Both the position numbers and the translations under genes were made by a program. The notes beneath the pieces are model-generated. The model worked only from the letters and a program-made list of their open reading frames with translations. It searched no databases and had not been told where the DNA came from. From a virus (Duplodnaviria; Caudoviricetes), in IMG/VR virus record IMGVR_UViG_3300032243_000596, positions 10,265 through 74,264 of that record: a stretch of DNA of 64,000 nucleotides; one strand, written 5' to 3'. Position 1 is the first letter of the stretch. Each line of letters opens with the position of its first letter. This document shows positions 36,123 through 46,392 of the stretch, one piece after another.

Positions 36123-36446
36123 TTACTTAAAAATTATAAATGCCATCAGTGTGGCCTGAACCATAAATCCAGCGCCAATGGTAACTGTATTTAATTGATC
36201 TTTCAACAGTATGGCACGGGCAAATAGCAGCATCAAACCAGCCCATAGAAACAGCACAATATCAAAAGTTGGTGCCCTGTCACTTAGTCCGGTCATCAGA
36301 GCCAGTAAACTGGGAATGGTTGCACAATGTAGTACTATGGCGGCCAACCAGCCCAGGGTGTCTGCTGTGATCTTTTTAAAGCGGTCCAAAAAGAACTTGC
36401 GAATTAAAACCCACACGCCCAGTAGGGTAACGTTGTTAATTTCCAC
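36123..36446 (-). CDS. three-TM membrane protein (PQ-loop/SemiSWEET-like layout)
   Basis: LGWLAAIVLHCATIPS...FLWAGLMLLFARAILLKD; GTG start after AAGGA. Confidence 0.5.
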   Translation of the reverse strand: MEINNVTLLGVWVLIRKFFLDRFKKITADTLGWLAAIVLHCATIPSLLALMTGLSDRAPTFDIVLFLWAGLMLLFARAILLKDQLNTVTIGAGFMVQATLMAFIIFK

Positions 36447-36448
36447 TT

Positions 36449-37024
36449 TTATTCCTTGTAAAAGATGTGTTGACCAATTTGATTGATGCGCTGTTTGCGC
36501 CAACCAGGATTGACATAGGAAGCGTGATAATACAACGCTTCGTTAAGGCTTGTCAATCTAAATCCTTCCAATAGAACTTTTTTGGCTGCTTCTTCACTTT
36601 CGGCATAGAGCTTGGCATAGATGGGTTTTGTCTTGTGTGCTGTTTCACAGGCCCAGCTGAATTGGCAAATTACTTTTTGGTAAAATACATTTTTTTGGTA
36701 AACCACGCCACATACACCTTCACCAAAACGGCCACTTTTTACACGATTCATTGTGACCTGTGCCACCGCGACTTTACCCTCAAAAGGTTCACTGGCGGCC
36801 TCCCAATAGATATTTTTAGTCAAGCAGTCAAGTTGCTTGGTACGTTCTGCGGCTGTGATGACCACTTGGTCTTGTGTTGCCAATTCTGAACGTAGATGAT
36901 TCAGTTTGTTTTTTGTCACTGATGTCAGCAACATTGCGATAATTGCAAATCCTAAAAGTAACATTGTTACCTTGGTTGCAGAAATCACTCTCTCGTAATA
37001 ATGATTTGATATAGCTAGGGCCAT
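36449..37024 (-). CDS. cell wall hydrolase (SleB/Hydrolase_2) with N-terminal TM anchor
   Basis: CLTKNIYWEAASE, AVAQVTMNRV, CGVVYQ, CQFSW, ALYYHASYVNPGW, IGQHIFY. Confidence 0.9.
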   Translation of the reverse strand: MALAISNHYYERVISATKVTMLLLGFAIIAMLLTSVTKNKLNHLRSELATQDQVVITAAERTKQLDCLTKNIYWEAASEPFEGKVAVAQVTMNRVKSGRFGEGVCGVVYQKNVFYQKVICQFSWACETAHKTKPIYAKLYAESEEAAKKVLLEGFRLTSLNEALYYHASYVNPGWRKQRINQIGQHIFYKE

Positions 37025-37112
37025 ATGATTTCTCCTTTCACTTACAGAGTGTAGTTTTATATACCAGTTGAAATCCAGTAATAACTACTAACTTATCTAG
37101 TTAACAGCTAGT

Positions 37113-37141
37113 ATTATACTGTATTCTTGCAGAAATTGCAA
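37113..37141 (-). promoter_or_regulatory. sigma70-type promoter
   Basis: TTGCAA-17-TATAAT. Confidence 0.6.
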
Positions 37142-37173
37142 GGTTATATGAGCAGTTAACTGAAATAAATCTG

Positions 37174-39123
37174 TCAAACTTTTGGCGTAGGGTTACTGCC
37201 AATGCTGGTCAAAATGGTATCATTTTTGCTTTGAGCAAACACAGCCTTGGCAATGTCGCCCGATGTGTTTGGTTGTGTGAGGCCGTAAAGCATCAGGTCT
37301 GTACCCAAATTTAAGGTGTCTTCTATAAGACCGGGAACGGAACTTACAAAACTTAAAATTTGATTTGCATCAACGTTATTGTAAACTGCTATGTTTGCCT
37401 TGTTGAAGTTTTTATGCTCATAGTACAGTTGTTGGCATAGATAGGTATAGTTGTCGTTGATTGTTGACACAATGGCGCCAACAGTGGGATCGGCAACTAT
37501 GGTGTTGAGCAAATTAAACAATTGAGTTTTTGCCGCTTCCAACTGTGTGCCCCAGTAGTCCGGCCCACCTACATTTGTCAGTACTTTTTCGTAAGAAGAA
37601 AAACTACCGCCGTCGCTGGCATAAGTGGTTTCAACTGTTGTATACTGTGCGGGAGGATTTCTAACCCAATTATTTGCTGTGGCCGCTTCTGCCGCAGTCA
37701 GTGGAACTTTGGCATCATAACGACTAATATTGGTCAATAGATCCCTTATTTGCGGCCCGTAGCTGGTGGCATACAGTTGTAGGAATCCGTTGTTTATTTT
37801 TGTTATAGTGTCGGTCAAGTAACCCGATGCCATTCCAATGACATTCAATATGCTGGCAGGTTTGTTGCTGACGGTTGTGGGCAAATAAGCTCTAAGATTT
37901 GCAATGATGTCAGGATTCAACAAACTGGTGGTTGTTGATATAGATTCTACATTGGCCGACACTTCTGTTTGTATGTTGTTGAGAGCTGTGGCAAAATCTT
38001 TGCCCAAGGTCAGTGCAAAATTTGGAGCGCGGTATTTCAAGTCAACGCCCGCCTCAGCAAAACTGGCAAACGCACTGTCGTTGTTTATTTTACTGGCGGC
38101 GGTGATACTGGTATAGTCCATTGGACTGGACATTTGGGTAATTGTACTTTCCACTACCTGTTGGATAGTGGTCAATTGATCCGGATCAGTTATTTGAAGT
38201 AAGATCTGTTCAACAACAAGATCATAGTTGGTATTATAAATGTTGTCCACGCTGACATTGGCGTCAGACAAAGCCTGTGTCAGTGTCACTCCCGATGACA
38301 GTGTGATGACCCCGCCCAGGCCCAGATCCAGCATTACACGGGCCACTGCATTGGCTGTGCCAAACCGTCCACTGGGCACACTCAATACCATTTTACCCAC
38401 GTTGTTGAATGCCTGTGTCAATGCCAAGCCTTGTTTGTATCGGGCAAATCCTCCCGATACCAGATCCTTATAACTGGTGGCCCCGTAGTAGGACAAGTTG
38501 TTGGCCTGACTATTGTTTAACCCTGCGGTAAAATCGTTGGCACTGCCAATCCAACCCAAGACCTGATTCAATACACTGATAAAATAAAAATTGTCCCAGT
38601 TGTTGCTGCCTGATAGTCTGTTGATTTGTAGGTCTGCATAGTACAAAAACGACCCTTGCATATCAGTAAACTTGGCGGGCATAACTCCGGTCAGTGCGGG
38701 CATAGCACTATTACTTCCAAATGTTATAAGACTTGGATCTTTCATATAAGTGCCAAAGTATCCCGAGAACCAGGGCACTGCCGAAGCAGAGTCATCAAAT
38801 ACATAATTGGCCCCAGCTTCAGGGTAACCAGGAATTACACTGGTAATGCTGGTGGGGCTGGCTGCTTGACCGTTGGCATAGACAAAATTATAGCTGGCGG
38901 GACTAAGTTGTGTGGCCACCAATTGACCTTGTGCGCTGAGACTGCCACTGTATACACCACTGTTTGCGTCCCAGGGATTTAGTCGCCCGAGATCCGCTGT
39001 GGGTATTGCAACACCCTGAATGACAGGACCGCCCCACTCCGGGCTAAATGGTTTCGAACTTGAAACAGAGGAATCAGCGTTGGCTGAAAAAGGTCCGTAT
39101 ACTGCAGCCATTAGGCTCCCCAA
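37174..39123 (-). CDS. probable virion (baseplate/tail) protein
   Basis: 649-aa Asn/Thr/Ser/Gly-rich ORF in an operon with PAAR; function inferred from context. Confidence 0.5.
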   Translation of the reverse strand: MGSLMAAVYGPFSANADSSVSSSKPFSPEWGGPVIQGVAIPTADLGRLNPWDANSGVYSGSLSAQGQLVATQLSPASYNFVYANGQAASPTSITSVIPGYPEAGANYVFDDSASAVPWFSGYFGTYMKDPSLITFGSNSAMPALTGVMPAKFTDMQGSFLYYADLQINRLSGSNNWDNFYFISVLNQVLGWIGSANDFTAGLNNSQANNLSYYGATSYKDLVSGGFARYKQGLALTQAFNNVGKMVLSVPSGRFGTANAVARVMLDLGLGGVITLSSGVTLTQALSDANVSVDNIYNTNYDLVVEQILLQITDPDQLTTIQQVVESTITQMSSPMDYTSITAASKINNDSAFASFAEAGVDLKYRAPNFALTLGKDFATALNNIQTEVSANVESISTTTSLLNPDIIANLRAYLPTTVSNKPASILNVIGMASGYLTDTITKINNGFLQLYATSYGPQIRDLLTNISRYDAKVPLTAAEAATANNWVRNPPAQYTTVETTYASDGGSFSSYEKVLTNVGGPDYWGTQLEAAKTQLFNLLNTIVADPTVGAIVSTINDNYTYLCQQLYYEHKNFNKANIAVYNNVDANQILSFVSSVPGLIEDTLNLGTDLMLYGLTQPNTSGDIAKAVFAQSKNDTILTSIGSNPTPKV

Positions 39124-39554
39124 CCATAATCACTGGGACTATAAGGAGGAGGTACTGCTGTACCACCAAATACTATCTTACCATAAAATGCCCAAGTACC
39201 GGCGGCAATATTTGCACGTTTGCCTATAAAGACTTTTTCATATCTATTTTCATCTGGACCGCAGTCAGATGCGCGACGATACAGATAGATATCATCGCCA
39301 ATGGATTTATAAGCAATACCCACTGTGGTTGTTGATATATCGGGTTGTCTTGGTAAACCGGTGACTGGATCAACTGTGGAGGGACTTAACGGCTCGCTAC
39401 TGGCAAATTTTTTCATTGCCAGGAGAAAGTCTTGATTTACTTTGAACGGAGCACCACCGTTCATCATATCGTGGGCCATAGCCAACTGTAGGCTACTTAA
39501 TCCGCCTTCTGTTTGCGTGGGAGTCAATCCTTGATATATCGCTGGCGTTGACAT
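39111..39554 (-). CDS. hypothetical protein, probably structural
   Basis: Lies between PAAR and the large Asn/Thr-rich gene. Confidence 0.55.
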   Translation of the reverse strand: MSTPAIYQGLTPTQTEGGLSSLQLAMAHDMMNGGAPFKVNQDFLLAMKKFASSEPLSPSTVDPVTGLPRQPDISTTTVGIAYKSIGDDIYLYRRASDCGPDENRYEKVFIGKRANIAAGTWAFYGKIVFGGTAVPPPYSPSDYGWGA

Positions 39555-39555
39555 A

Positions 39556-39840
39556 TTAACCCTTGATAATCACGTCACTGCTGGCGGTGGCCACAGATTC
39601 TCCGCAAGTACCTTTACTGCCTTTGGTCAAGGGGCTTTGTCCCTCTATGGTTACCTTGCCACCACTGGCAAAGATAACACCAAAGCAGTGTAATTTTGCT
39701 ATGGGGCATTTAAGATGCGGTGTAAAGTTAGCACCGTTAAGCGCCACGGGACGGCCGTTGACAAACACAGATGAACTGCTGTTGCCTATAACAACCCCAC
39801 CCTTACCATATAAATCACCAATTCTTGCTATGCCTGACAT
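39556..39840 (-). CDS. PAAR-domain spike tip (T4 gp5.4-like)
   Basis: IARIGD, VFVNGRPVAL, FTPH, TCGESVATASSDV. Confidence 0.85.
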   Translation of the reverse strand: MSGIARIGDLYGKGGVVIGNSSSSVFVNGRPVALNGANFTPHLKCPIAKLHCFGVIFASGGKVTIEGQSPLTKGSKGTCGESVATASSDVIIKG

Positions 39841-39849
39841 AAAAGCCCC

Positions 39850-40161
39850 TTATACGATTATTGGGCCCTTGCTAATTGTTTCAATACCTGTGGTAGTTTT
39901 GATATAGTGGGACGCCAACTGTTGAATTGCTGGTGCGTGTAACATCACGTGCTCAGATTTCAACTCTACATCCTTATTTATATCCGCACTAAACAGGGTT
40001 TGTATGAGACCGATGCCTTGATGACTAGGTACCACTGTACAAGGTCTATTTAAAAGCCACCCTTTTGGTGTCGTTTCTACAATTTTTGCAACGATTTCGT
40101 CACCGTTTACCAGTTTAAACGACACTAAATCGTCACGGTCATATTCTTTAGATAATAGCAT
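39850..40161 (-). CDS. conserved phage hypothetical protein (Sm-like beta fold)
   Basis: VSFKLVNGDEIVAK. Confidence 0.6.
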   Translation of the reverse strand: MLLSKEYDRDDLVSFKLVNGDEIVAKIVETTPKGWLLNRPCTVVPSHQGIGLIQTLFSADINKDVELKSEHVMLHAPAIQQLASHYIKTTTGIETISKGPIIV

Positions 40162-40402
40162 TTAGTCTTTCTTTTAGTTCATCTTCAGTCAGTTTGGCTA
40201 GTCCTTGAAATCCACCTTCAACAAACACTTGACCGTCTCGATAAATTTGTGGAACAGTTCTGTGGCCTGCTTCCATAATAAATTGCCTTGCCACAGGATC
40301 TTGATCCACACGTATTTCTTCAAATGCAATATTTTTTAATTTTAATAAATTTTTTGCTTGATCACAAAACGGACAATTGGCTTTACTATATACTGTTAAC
40401 AT
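40148..40402 (-). CDS. glutaredoxin
   Basis: CPFC, RTVPQI, GGFQGL. Confidence 0.95.
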   Translation of the reverse strand: MLTVYSKANCPFCDQAKNLLKLKNIAFEEIRVDQDPVARQFIMEAGHRTVPQIYRDGQVFVEGGFQGLAKLTEDELKERLNAII

Positions 40403-41447
40403 CTTTTATTTCCTTTATTTTATTATATACCATTTCTTGCATCCTTGCTTTTATTTCATCCTGCAGGGAATACAAACGTTGATAATTATGTTCTACCGTG
40501 TCATTGATTTGACTACTAACACTATTATAGTCTTGTGTGCTCAAATATTCAATCTGTTTGAAGGCCTTGGCAAATCTGGCACCGGGATCTGCTTCTTCAT
40601 CATAGGATTCGTCAATGACCGTGTCGAATGTTTTAAACCCTAAATTCCGTAACTGTTTCAAATATCCCTTACTGGAAAATACGATGAACAACCTTTTACC
40701 AAAAATTGCTTTGGTGGTCTTTTCAGTAAAGAAAAAAGAATATTGAAAAATTGTTTCGGCAATAACGCTGTAGCGTGTTCTGTGATATATTTGCCAAGGT
40801 ACTATGTCGCTGACATTGTAGGTGATTTCATCTCTTACTTCCCAAGCAGGATCCAGATTGGCACTTACGTAAGGATATAATAACGATTGACCATCGAGCA
40901 AGGTGTCTATTCTTTGTTGTAGTGACGGTATAGACATAAAATCTCCGTGGAACACATCTCTATAATTGACTATGCTACGATCCAATAAACCAGTTGTTTG
41001 CATACTGGCCATAATAAAATCTCTGTGACATTTTCTTGCGCCTAACAATACATCAAAATCAAATATAGGTTCTACCGTGGATTCTTGAAATGTATTCTTG
41101 TTGACAAGATTAAAACACCACCAGGGGCGATAAATTTCGTTGGGCCTGTCTACAGGAGATTCTATACTGCACATAGCCACCAGGTAATTTTTTATACCCT
41201 GTTCTTGTGCCCATATTCTTACCTGCCCCACGTCCCAGTTTTCTATTTCTGTCAACAACAATAGGTCAAAAGGCTTGTGATCAAACGAATCAGTATACTG
41301 ATTATAAAATGCCGGCACACAGGCAATTTTTATGTCCTGGCTTAAAACTTCCGTTAAATCTGTAGAACGCTGGAACTGGTGGTGAATGAATCCAAACCAG
41401 TCGGCAAAACAATCTACAGTTATGTGGGGATTATAGATCTTGATCAT
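40386..41447 (-). CDS. glycosyltransferase-like (GT10/exostosin-like) protein, paralog 2
   Basis: SVIAETIF...FFTEKTTKAI...RLFIVF...LRNLGFKTFDTVIDESYD. Confidence 0.6.
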   Translation of the reverse strand: MIKIYNPHITVDCFADWFGFIHHQFQRSTDLTEVLSQDIKIACVPAFYNQYTDSFDHKPFDLLLLTEIENWDVGQVRIWAQEQGIKNYLVAMCSIESPVDRPNEIYRPWWCFNLVNKNTFQESTVEPIFDFDVLLGARKCHRDFIMASMQTTGLLDRSIVNYRDVFHGDFMSIPSLQQRIDTLLDGQSLLYPYVSANLDPAWEVRDEITYNVSDIVPWQIYHRTRYSVIAETIFQYSFFFTEKTTKAIFGKRLFIVFSSKGYLKQLRNLGFKTFDTVIDESYDEEADPGARFAKAFKQIEYLSTQDYNSVSSQINDTVEHNYQRLYSLQDEIKARMQEMVYNKIKEIKDVNSI

Positions 41448-42283
41448 AGAAATTTTCGTACCTTATCGAACACACGATCAAAATCTCTGACTGTCATAGT
41501 GTCCCAATCTAACATTAAACTGTTGTCTAACTTGGGGATGGCGTCACATACACAATTATAGTCCTTGGTTAAATTGTCCAACTCATCTAATGTTTTGTAT
41601 TGGAATCTGGTTTGCTCGATGAGTTCAACTGGGCGTTGTGTAATGGTCCAATTGGCAAGATACTCGTACTCGCTGAACCAGCGTATGCCTGTTTCCAACG
41701 GCACGTTATTGATAATAGCATCAAAGGCATCACAATTATTTCGTGTTTCCAATGTGTGTTTGAGACTTAGCCAATCTTCTTTGAATGTGGGCATAAACTC
41801 TGTGACAAAGCAATGCGGGCTTTGGCGGGGAATACCTAAACTGTTTTCAATAACTTTATAATAACCATAGCTGTGTGTTTCGTTGGGCAGAATAAAGAAC
41901 TTGGGATCGCCACGTTCATTGACACAGGTATAGGGCACAATACTGAATGTGTCAGGATCTTGGATCAATACACAGTCAGCATCCAAGTAATCGATACTGG
42001 CCATTTTTAATGCCTGCTGGTACAACCAACTGCCCCGGGGATCATCGTCAAACCACCAATTACGCAGGGTGGGATATCGGGCGTCCATTTCCTTGTCTTC
42101 AACATAGATTAATTTATCTGTGTCTATGTTATATTTTTTTAAGATGTTATTGACAAAGTCCAGGCTCATATCTGTGAACACATAAGTTTGATCTATATTT
42201 TGCAAATAGTGGTCAAACTGCATACTCAGGCAGGCGTGGGGGATCCTGTAACTGGCCAAGAATAGGGCTCTTACTGTTTTCAA
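41444..42283 (-). CDS. glycosyltransferase-like protein (DUF6492-like)
   Basis: SWLYQQALKM, LIQDPDT, FVTEFMP, WFSEYE. Confidence 0.55.
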   Translation of the reverse strand: MKTVRALFLASYRIPHACLSMQFDHYLQNIDQTYVFTDMSLDFVNNILKKYNIDTDKLIYVEDKEMDARYPTLRNWWFDDDPRGSWLYQQALKMASIDYLDADCVLIQDPDTFSIVPYTCVNERGDPKFFILPNETHSYGYYKVIENSLGIPRQSPHCFVTEFMPTFKEDWLSLKHTLETRNNCDAFDAIINNVPLETGIRWFSEYEYLANWTITQRPVELIEQTRFQYKTLDELDNLTKDYNCVCDAIPKLDNSLMLDWDTMTVRDFDRVFDKVRKFL

Positions 42284-42291
42284 GGTAAACC

Positions 42292-43392
42292 TTACAAATT
42301 AGGCAGTGCTTCGTAGTCTAACATTTCACTCATCACGCCAATAACGTAATTTGTGCTTTCACTTTCCTGTAGTGCTGTTTGTTTTTTACTAGTGTCACTG
42401 TGTTTATTGAACCAAGGTATAGGAGTTGATTTGGGGCTTGGTGTAAGATATTTAATGCCTATTTCGTATAGGGCAGTTTTTGCTGTAAAGTCAACAAAAT
42501 CTTTAAGAATGTTGGCGTTGAGTCCAATTACTGGTCCCAATTTGAATAGGTAGTCTGCCCACTGTTTTTCTTCGCGTATGACATCCATATACAATCGATA
42601 TACTTCTGCTTCGCACTCTTGTTTAGCCTGCACAAAGCGTGGATCTTCTTTGACCACTTGATTGATCAAATAGGCTGTCCAGCCTTTGTGTAGCAGTTCG
42701 TCTTGTAGAATCAAACTGATGATGTTGCCGTTGCCGATAAAAATTTTATTTTCTACCATTGCCAAACTTGTGGCGAATGATACCATAAAGCGGAATGCTT
42801 CTAGTGCATAGCTGGCATTCAGTGCCATCCATATGGCCTTGATGTGTGTCTGTTCACTGATCTTTTCGCCTGTTTCCTTACGACAGTTGATCACGTGTAG
42901 CGCATCATAGTATTCTCCCACACTACTGGCCATATCAACTATTTCTTTGGTATCGTGAATAGTATTGAATACATCCTTGGGCACATTATAGATATTACGA
43001 ATGATATGACTGTAGCTCTTTGAATGTATATTGGTTTCAAAGAAACCCCAATTGTACATAAGTGCTTCTACTTCAGGTAGGCTGCACACTGGAGTAAACA
43101 CCTGTGTGGGACCGCGTCCTTGTAAACTGTCCAATGCTGTTTGGCGTAACAAGTTACTGGTAAAGATATGTTTGATAGCATCCGATGCTTCTTTAAAGTC
43201 GTTGCTGTCTTTAGTCAGACTAATCTCTTCGGGTTGCCAAAAGAACCCGCGAGCAGTGGCTTCAAAGTCTGCTATCTTTTTATATTTGACTTCTTCAAAA
43301 CGTTGAATAGTAACTGGACCTGCTGGATCCAGAAACATCTTGCGACTGAGGTAGTTTGTTTTTGTTTGTAAATTATATTGTTCTTGGCTCAT
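42292..43392 (-). CDS. nrdB: ribonucleotide reductase class Ia beta subunit
   Basis: FFWQPEEI, LDSLQGR, ETNIHSKSY, EAFRFMVSF, DELLH. Confidence 0.97.
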   Translation of the reverse strand: MSQEQYNLQTKTNYLSRKMFLDPAGPVTIQRFEEVKYKKIADFEATARGFFWQPEEISLTKDSNDFKEASDAIKHIFTSNLLRQTALDSLQGRGPTQVFTPVCSLPEVEALMYNWGFFETNIHSKSYSHIIRNIYNVPKDVFNTIHDTKEIVDMASSVGEYYDALHVINCRKETGEKISEQTHIKAIWMALNASYALEAFRFMVSFATSLAMVENKIFIGNGNIISLILQDELLHKGWTAYLINQVVKEDPRFVQAKQECEAEVYRLYMDVIREEKQWADYLFKLGPVIGLNANILKDFVDFTAKTALYEIGIKYLTPSPKSTPIPWFNKHSDTSKKQTALQESESTNYVIGVMSEMLDYEALPNL

Positions 43393-44048
43393 TTATAGTT
43401 TCCTGATGCGAGTACTATCTTGCAAATATGTTCTAGTCGTTCAATATGTTCGTATGCTCTCCACGGTGTGGTATCAATAGCAACTACACCGTGTCCTTTG
43501 ATACCTACAATGTCATAGGCAATATTTCCATCTCTATCTAATTGTAACATCTTATGGCACTGATCTGCAAGCTCTTGACTGATAGGAGGCACATCTCCCA
43601 CGTTTGGTGCTACCCGAGTATATCGGTTCAATTCTGGAAAAGCATCGCTGATAGTATTTAAGTCGATGCCGGCGTGCATTGCGGCAATGCAATAAGTAGG
43701 ATGTACGTGTACAACTACACGTACCTCGCCCTTGTGTTGTCCCATTTCTCTCTGTAGGCCAAAGTGCAAGGGAATCTCTCCACTGGGCTTTAGATTAGCA
43801 CTAATGTCAGTATAAGGTAAGTCTCTCCAGTTATATCCAAAAACACCTGTGCCGTTGCCACTGTTAATAGTTCTATCAATGCTGATCTTTTTGAACTGAT
43901 CTGGTTGTAGTGTTTGTTTACGTACTCCACTAGGTGTGATATAAAAGTGATCACGGTCGTGGTGACGAATGCTTACATTGCCATCACGACTAGTAATCCA
44001 GTTACGCTTATAAGCGTCGGTCATTATATCACAAATAGTTTCTAACAA
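43389..44048 (-). CDS. class II aldolase/adducin family protein
   Basis: DGNVS, ITPSG, PSGEIPLH, VVHVHPTY, GHGVVA. Confidence 0.85.
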   Translation of the reverse strand: MLETICDIMTDAYKRNWITSRDGNVSIRHHDRDHFYITPSGVRKQTLQPDQFKKISIDRTINSGNGTGVFGYNWRDLPYTDISANLKPSGEIPLHFGLQREMGQHKGEVRVVVHVHPTYCIAAMHAGIDLNTISDAFPELNRYTRVAPNVGDVPPISQELADQCHKMLQLDRDGNIAYDIVGIKGHGVVAIDTTPWRAYEHIERLEHICKIVLASGNYK

Positions 44049-44061
44049 AATTTACAGCTTT

Positions 44062-46383
44062 CTATAATTTACAAGAGAGACAATCCTCCTCGCCTTCGTC
44101 AAAGTCTATTGCTTCTAACTTTGCTTCTGGTTCATCTTGGCCTTTACTGCCTGCTTTATTGATTAGACTGTAGTAGAATGTCTTCAGGCCCCAATGATGC
44201 GCCAACATAAGATTTTTAGCAATTAGTGTAGTAGGAACTTTACGATCCGCAAAGTACGCCGGATTGTAAAAAGTGTTAGTAGATATGCTTTGATCCACAT
44301 ACGCAGCCAAAACAGCCGCAGTTTTGATATATCCGTCACAGTCTTTTTGATCCCACATTAGTTGATATTTATTTTTAAGTCTTTGGTATTCTGGCACAAC
44401 CTGAGTAAATGAGCCTGCTTTGCTTTCCTTAGTGGAAATAAGACTCATAGGCAGTTCAATTCCATTGGTGCTGTTTATGACCACACTACTGGACTCCACA
44501 GGAGCAATGGCCATTAGTGTGGCATTACGAACGCCGTACTGTTTCATATTTACTCGAAGCGTTTCCCAATCTAGTTCGGGAGTAAAATCTGCTAATTCGT
44601 TTACACCCGCTGCACGTAGTTCCCAAGGGAAAGTGCCTTGTCCGTAACGTGTTTTTTCACTGTGTGTACAGGCTCCGCGTTCTTTTGCTAACTCAACAGT
44701 TGCTTCTGTTAAGTAGAATGCTTGATGCTCCATCCAGCTTTTGACATCTTGTAGTGCGTCTTTGTCTCCATACTTGAGTCCGCGCTTGGCGTGCCAGTAG
44801 GCCAAGTTAGTAACACCAATACCCAATGGGCTAATTTCATCGTTGCTTAATTTACTCTGTATGCTCAAAAAGTCCTGGTAATCAAGAATGTTGCATAGAC
44901 TGCGCTGTAGAATACGGCAAGCACGTCGCATATCCTCAGGATTACGGAACGCTCCCCAGTTGATCGAGCCGAGTGTACACAGAGCAATACGGCCGCTATC
45001 ATCATCAAGGCGCTTAAAAGATCGTGTTGGTAAAAGAATTTCACAGCATAAGTTTGACTGATAAATTGCGTGGTGTTGGGGATCAAATGGTCCTTGGTTC
45101 TGAACATTGTCCACAAACACAAGATAGATACGACCCGTATCAGTCCTCTCCTTGAGTATACCACTTTTGAATACTTCTTCGGCACTCATAGTTTTAGTGC
45201 GTAGATCTGTGCGTTTCTCATACTTGACATAAAGTTCTTCAAACAGAGCAATGTCTTTGTAAAAAGCTTCGTACAGGTCAGGCACTTCGTTAGGATCAAA
45301 GAATGTTATGTTTTCTTTGTTTTTAAATCGTCTCCAGAAGAAAGCTGACAGCACAACCCCATAATCCATATGACGGACTCGGGTTTCTTCTGTTCCTTGG
45401 TTGTTCTTAAGCACGATAAGGTCATCAAACTGATGATGCCAAATAGGATAAAATACAGTAGCACTAGCATTACGAATACCTCCTTGACTACAACTGCGTA
45501 GATCGCCAAACCATTTCTTTAAGAATGGTATCATACCGGTGTGCATAATTTCGCCACCGCGTATGGGACTGCCCAGCGGACGCAGTCGGCCAATTTCTAA
45601 ACCAATGCCAGCACGTTTACTGGCATACTTGGCCATCATTTCTCCGGATGCAAATATGCTATCAAGATCGTCATCGCTGCGAATAAGAACGCAACTTGAA
45701 AATTGTTTAGTAGGAGTGCCCAACCCAGCCAACACAGGAGTAGCCAAGGTAAACAGTCCATCGCTGGCTGCTTGATAATATTCTTTGATATAGCGCATAC
45801 GTGCGCTGTTAGGTTCTTCTTTATGGAACACAGTAGCGGCGGCCACCATATATCTAATTTGTGGAGTTTCATAAATTTCCTTTGTGGCTCGATTACGTAC
45901 CAGATACTTTTCAATAAGTTGTTCAATGGCCGCATAACCGTATTGCTCGTCTTTTTCGTGATCCAGCATAGCGTCCATTCGATTCCAATCTTCTTCACTG
46001 TACCAAGAAAGTAATTCAGATGTGTATAGGCCAACTTCGATATTCTTTTTAACAATTGAATAAAGGTGAGGAACTTCATAGGCTCCATAGACATCTTTAC
46101 GCAACATTGATAATCTTTGCTTGCCTGCCACATACTGATAGTTGATGTGGCCAAGATCAGGATTGGACTCTACGTCAATTAGGTCTACAATAGCTCTAAG
46201 AGTAATTTCGTCAATTTCTTGTGTTGTAATTCCATCGTAAAAGTGCGGCTGACTTTTAATTTCTATCATTGATTGACTAACATCTGCTGTATTTTTACAG
46301 ACTTTTGCAATTTGTGCTTGCCACTTTTCGATTGTTAATGGTTCTTTTTTACCGCTGCGTTTTGTAACTTGAATTTGCGTCAT
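44062..46383 (-). CDS. nrdA: ribonucleotide reductase class Ia alpha subunit with ATP cone
   Basis: VTKRSG, TLATPVL, FSSCVL, QSNLCCEI, LCTLGSIN, APVESSS, DQSISTN, KTFYY. Confidence 0.97.
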   Translation of the reverse strand: MTQIQVTKRSGKKEPLTIEKWQAQIAKVCKNTADVSQSMIEIKSQPHFYDGITTQEIDEITLRAIVDLIDVESNPDLGHINYQYVAGKQRLSMLRKDVYGAYEVPHLYSIVKKNIEVGLYTSELLSWYSEEDWNRMDAMLDHEKDEQYGYAAIEQLIEKYLVRNRATKEIYETPQIRYMVAAATVFHKEEPNSARMRYIKEYYQAASDGLFTLATPVLAGLGTPTKQFSSCVLIRSDDDLDSIFASGEMMAKYASKRAGIGLEIGRLRPLGSPIRGGEIMHTGMIPFLKKWFGDLRSCSQGGIRNASATVFYPIWHHQFDDLIVLKNNQGTEETRVRHMDYGVVLSAFFWRRFKNKENITFFDPNEVPDLYEAFYKDIALFEELYVKYEKRTDLRTKTMSAEEVFKSGILKERTDTGRIYLVFVDNVQNQGPFDPQHHAIYQSNLCCEILLPTRSFKRLDDDSGRIALCTLGSINWGAFRNPEDMRRACRILQRSLCNILDYQDFLSIQSKLSNDEISPLGIGVTNLAYWHAKRGLKYGDKDALQDVKSWMEHQAFYLTEATVELAKERGACTHSEKTRYGQGTFPWELRAAGVNELADFTPELDWETLRVNMKQYGVRNATLMAIAPVESSSVVINSTNGIELPMSLISTKESKAGSFTQVVPEYQRLKNKYQLMWDQKDCDGYIKTAAVLAAYVDQSISTNTFYNPAYFADRKVPTTLIAKNLMLAHHWGLKTFYYSLINKAGSKGQDEPEAKLEAIDFDEGEEDCLSCKL

Positions 46384-46392
46384 TGATTTCTC

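Noticed and set aside
37025-37173. Short palindromes in the long sleB leader (ctagttaacagctag, cagttaactg) as a possible ncRNA
   Set aside because: The stems are short and AT-rich, and the region is explained by a promoter plus leader.
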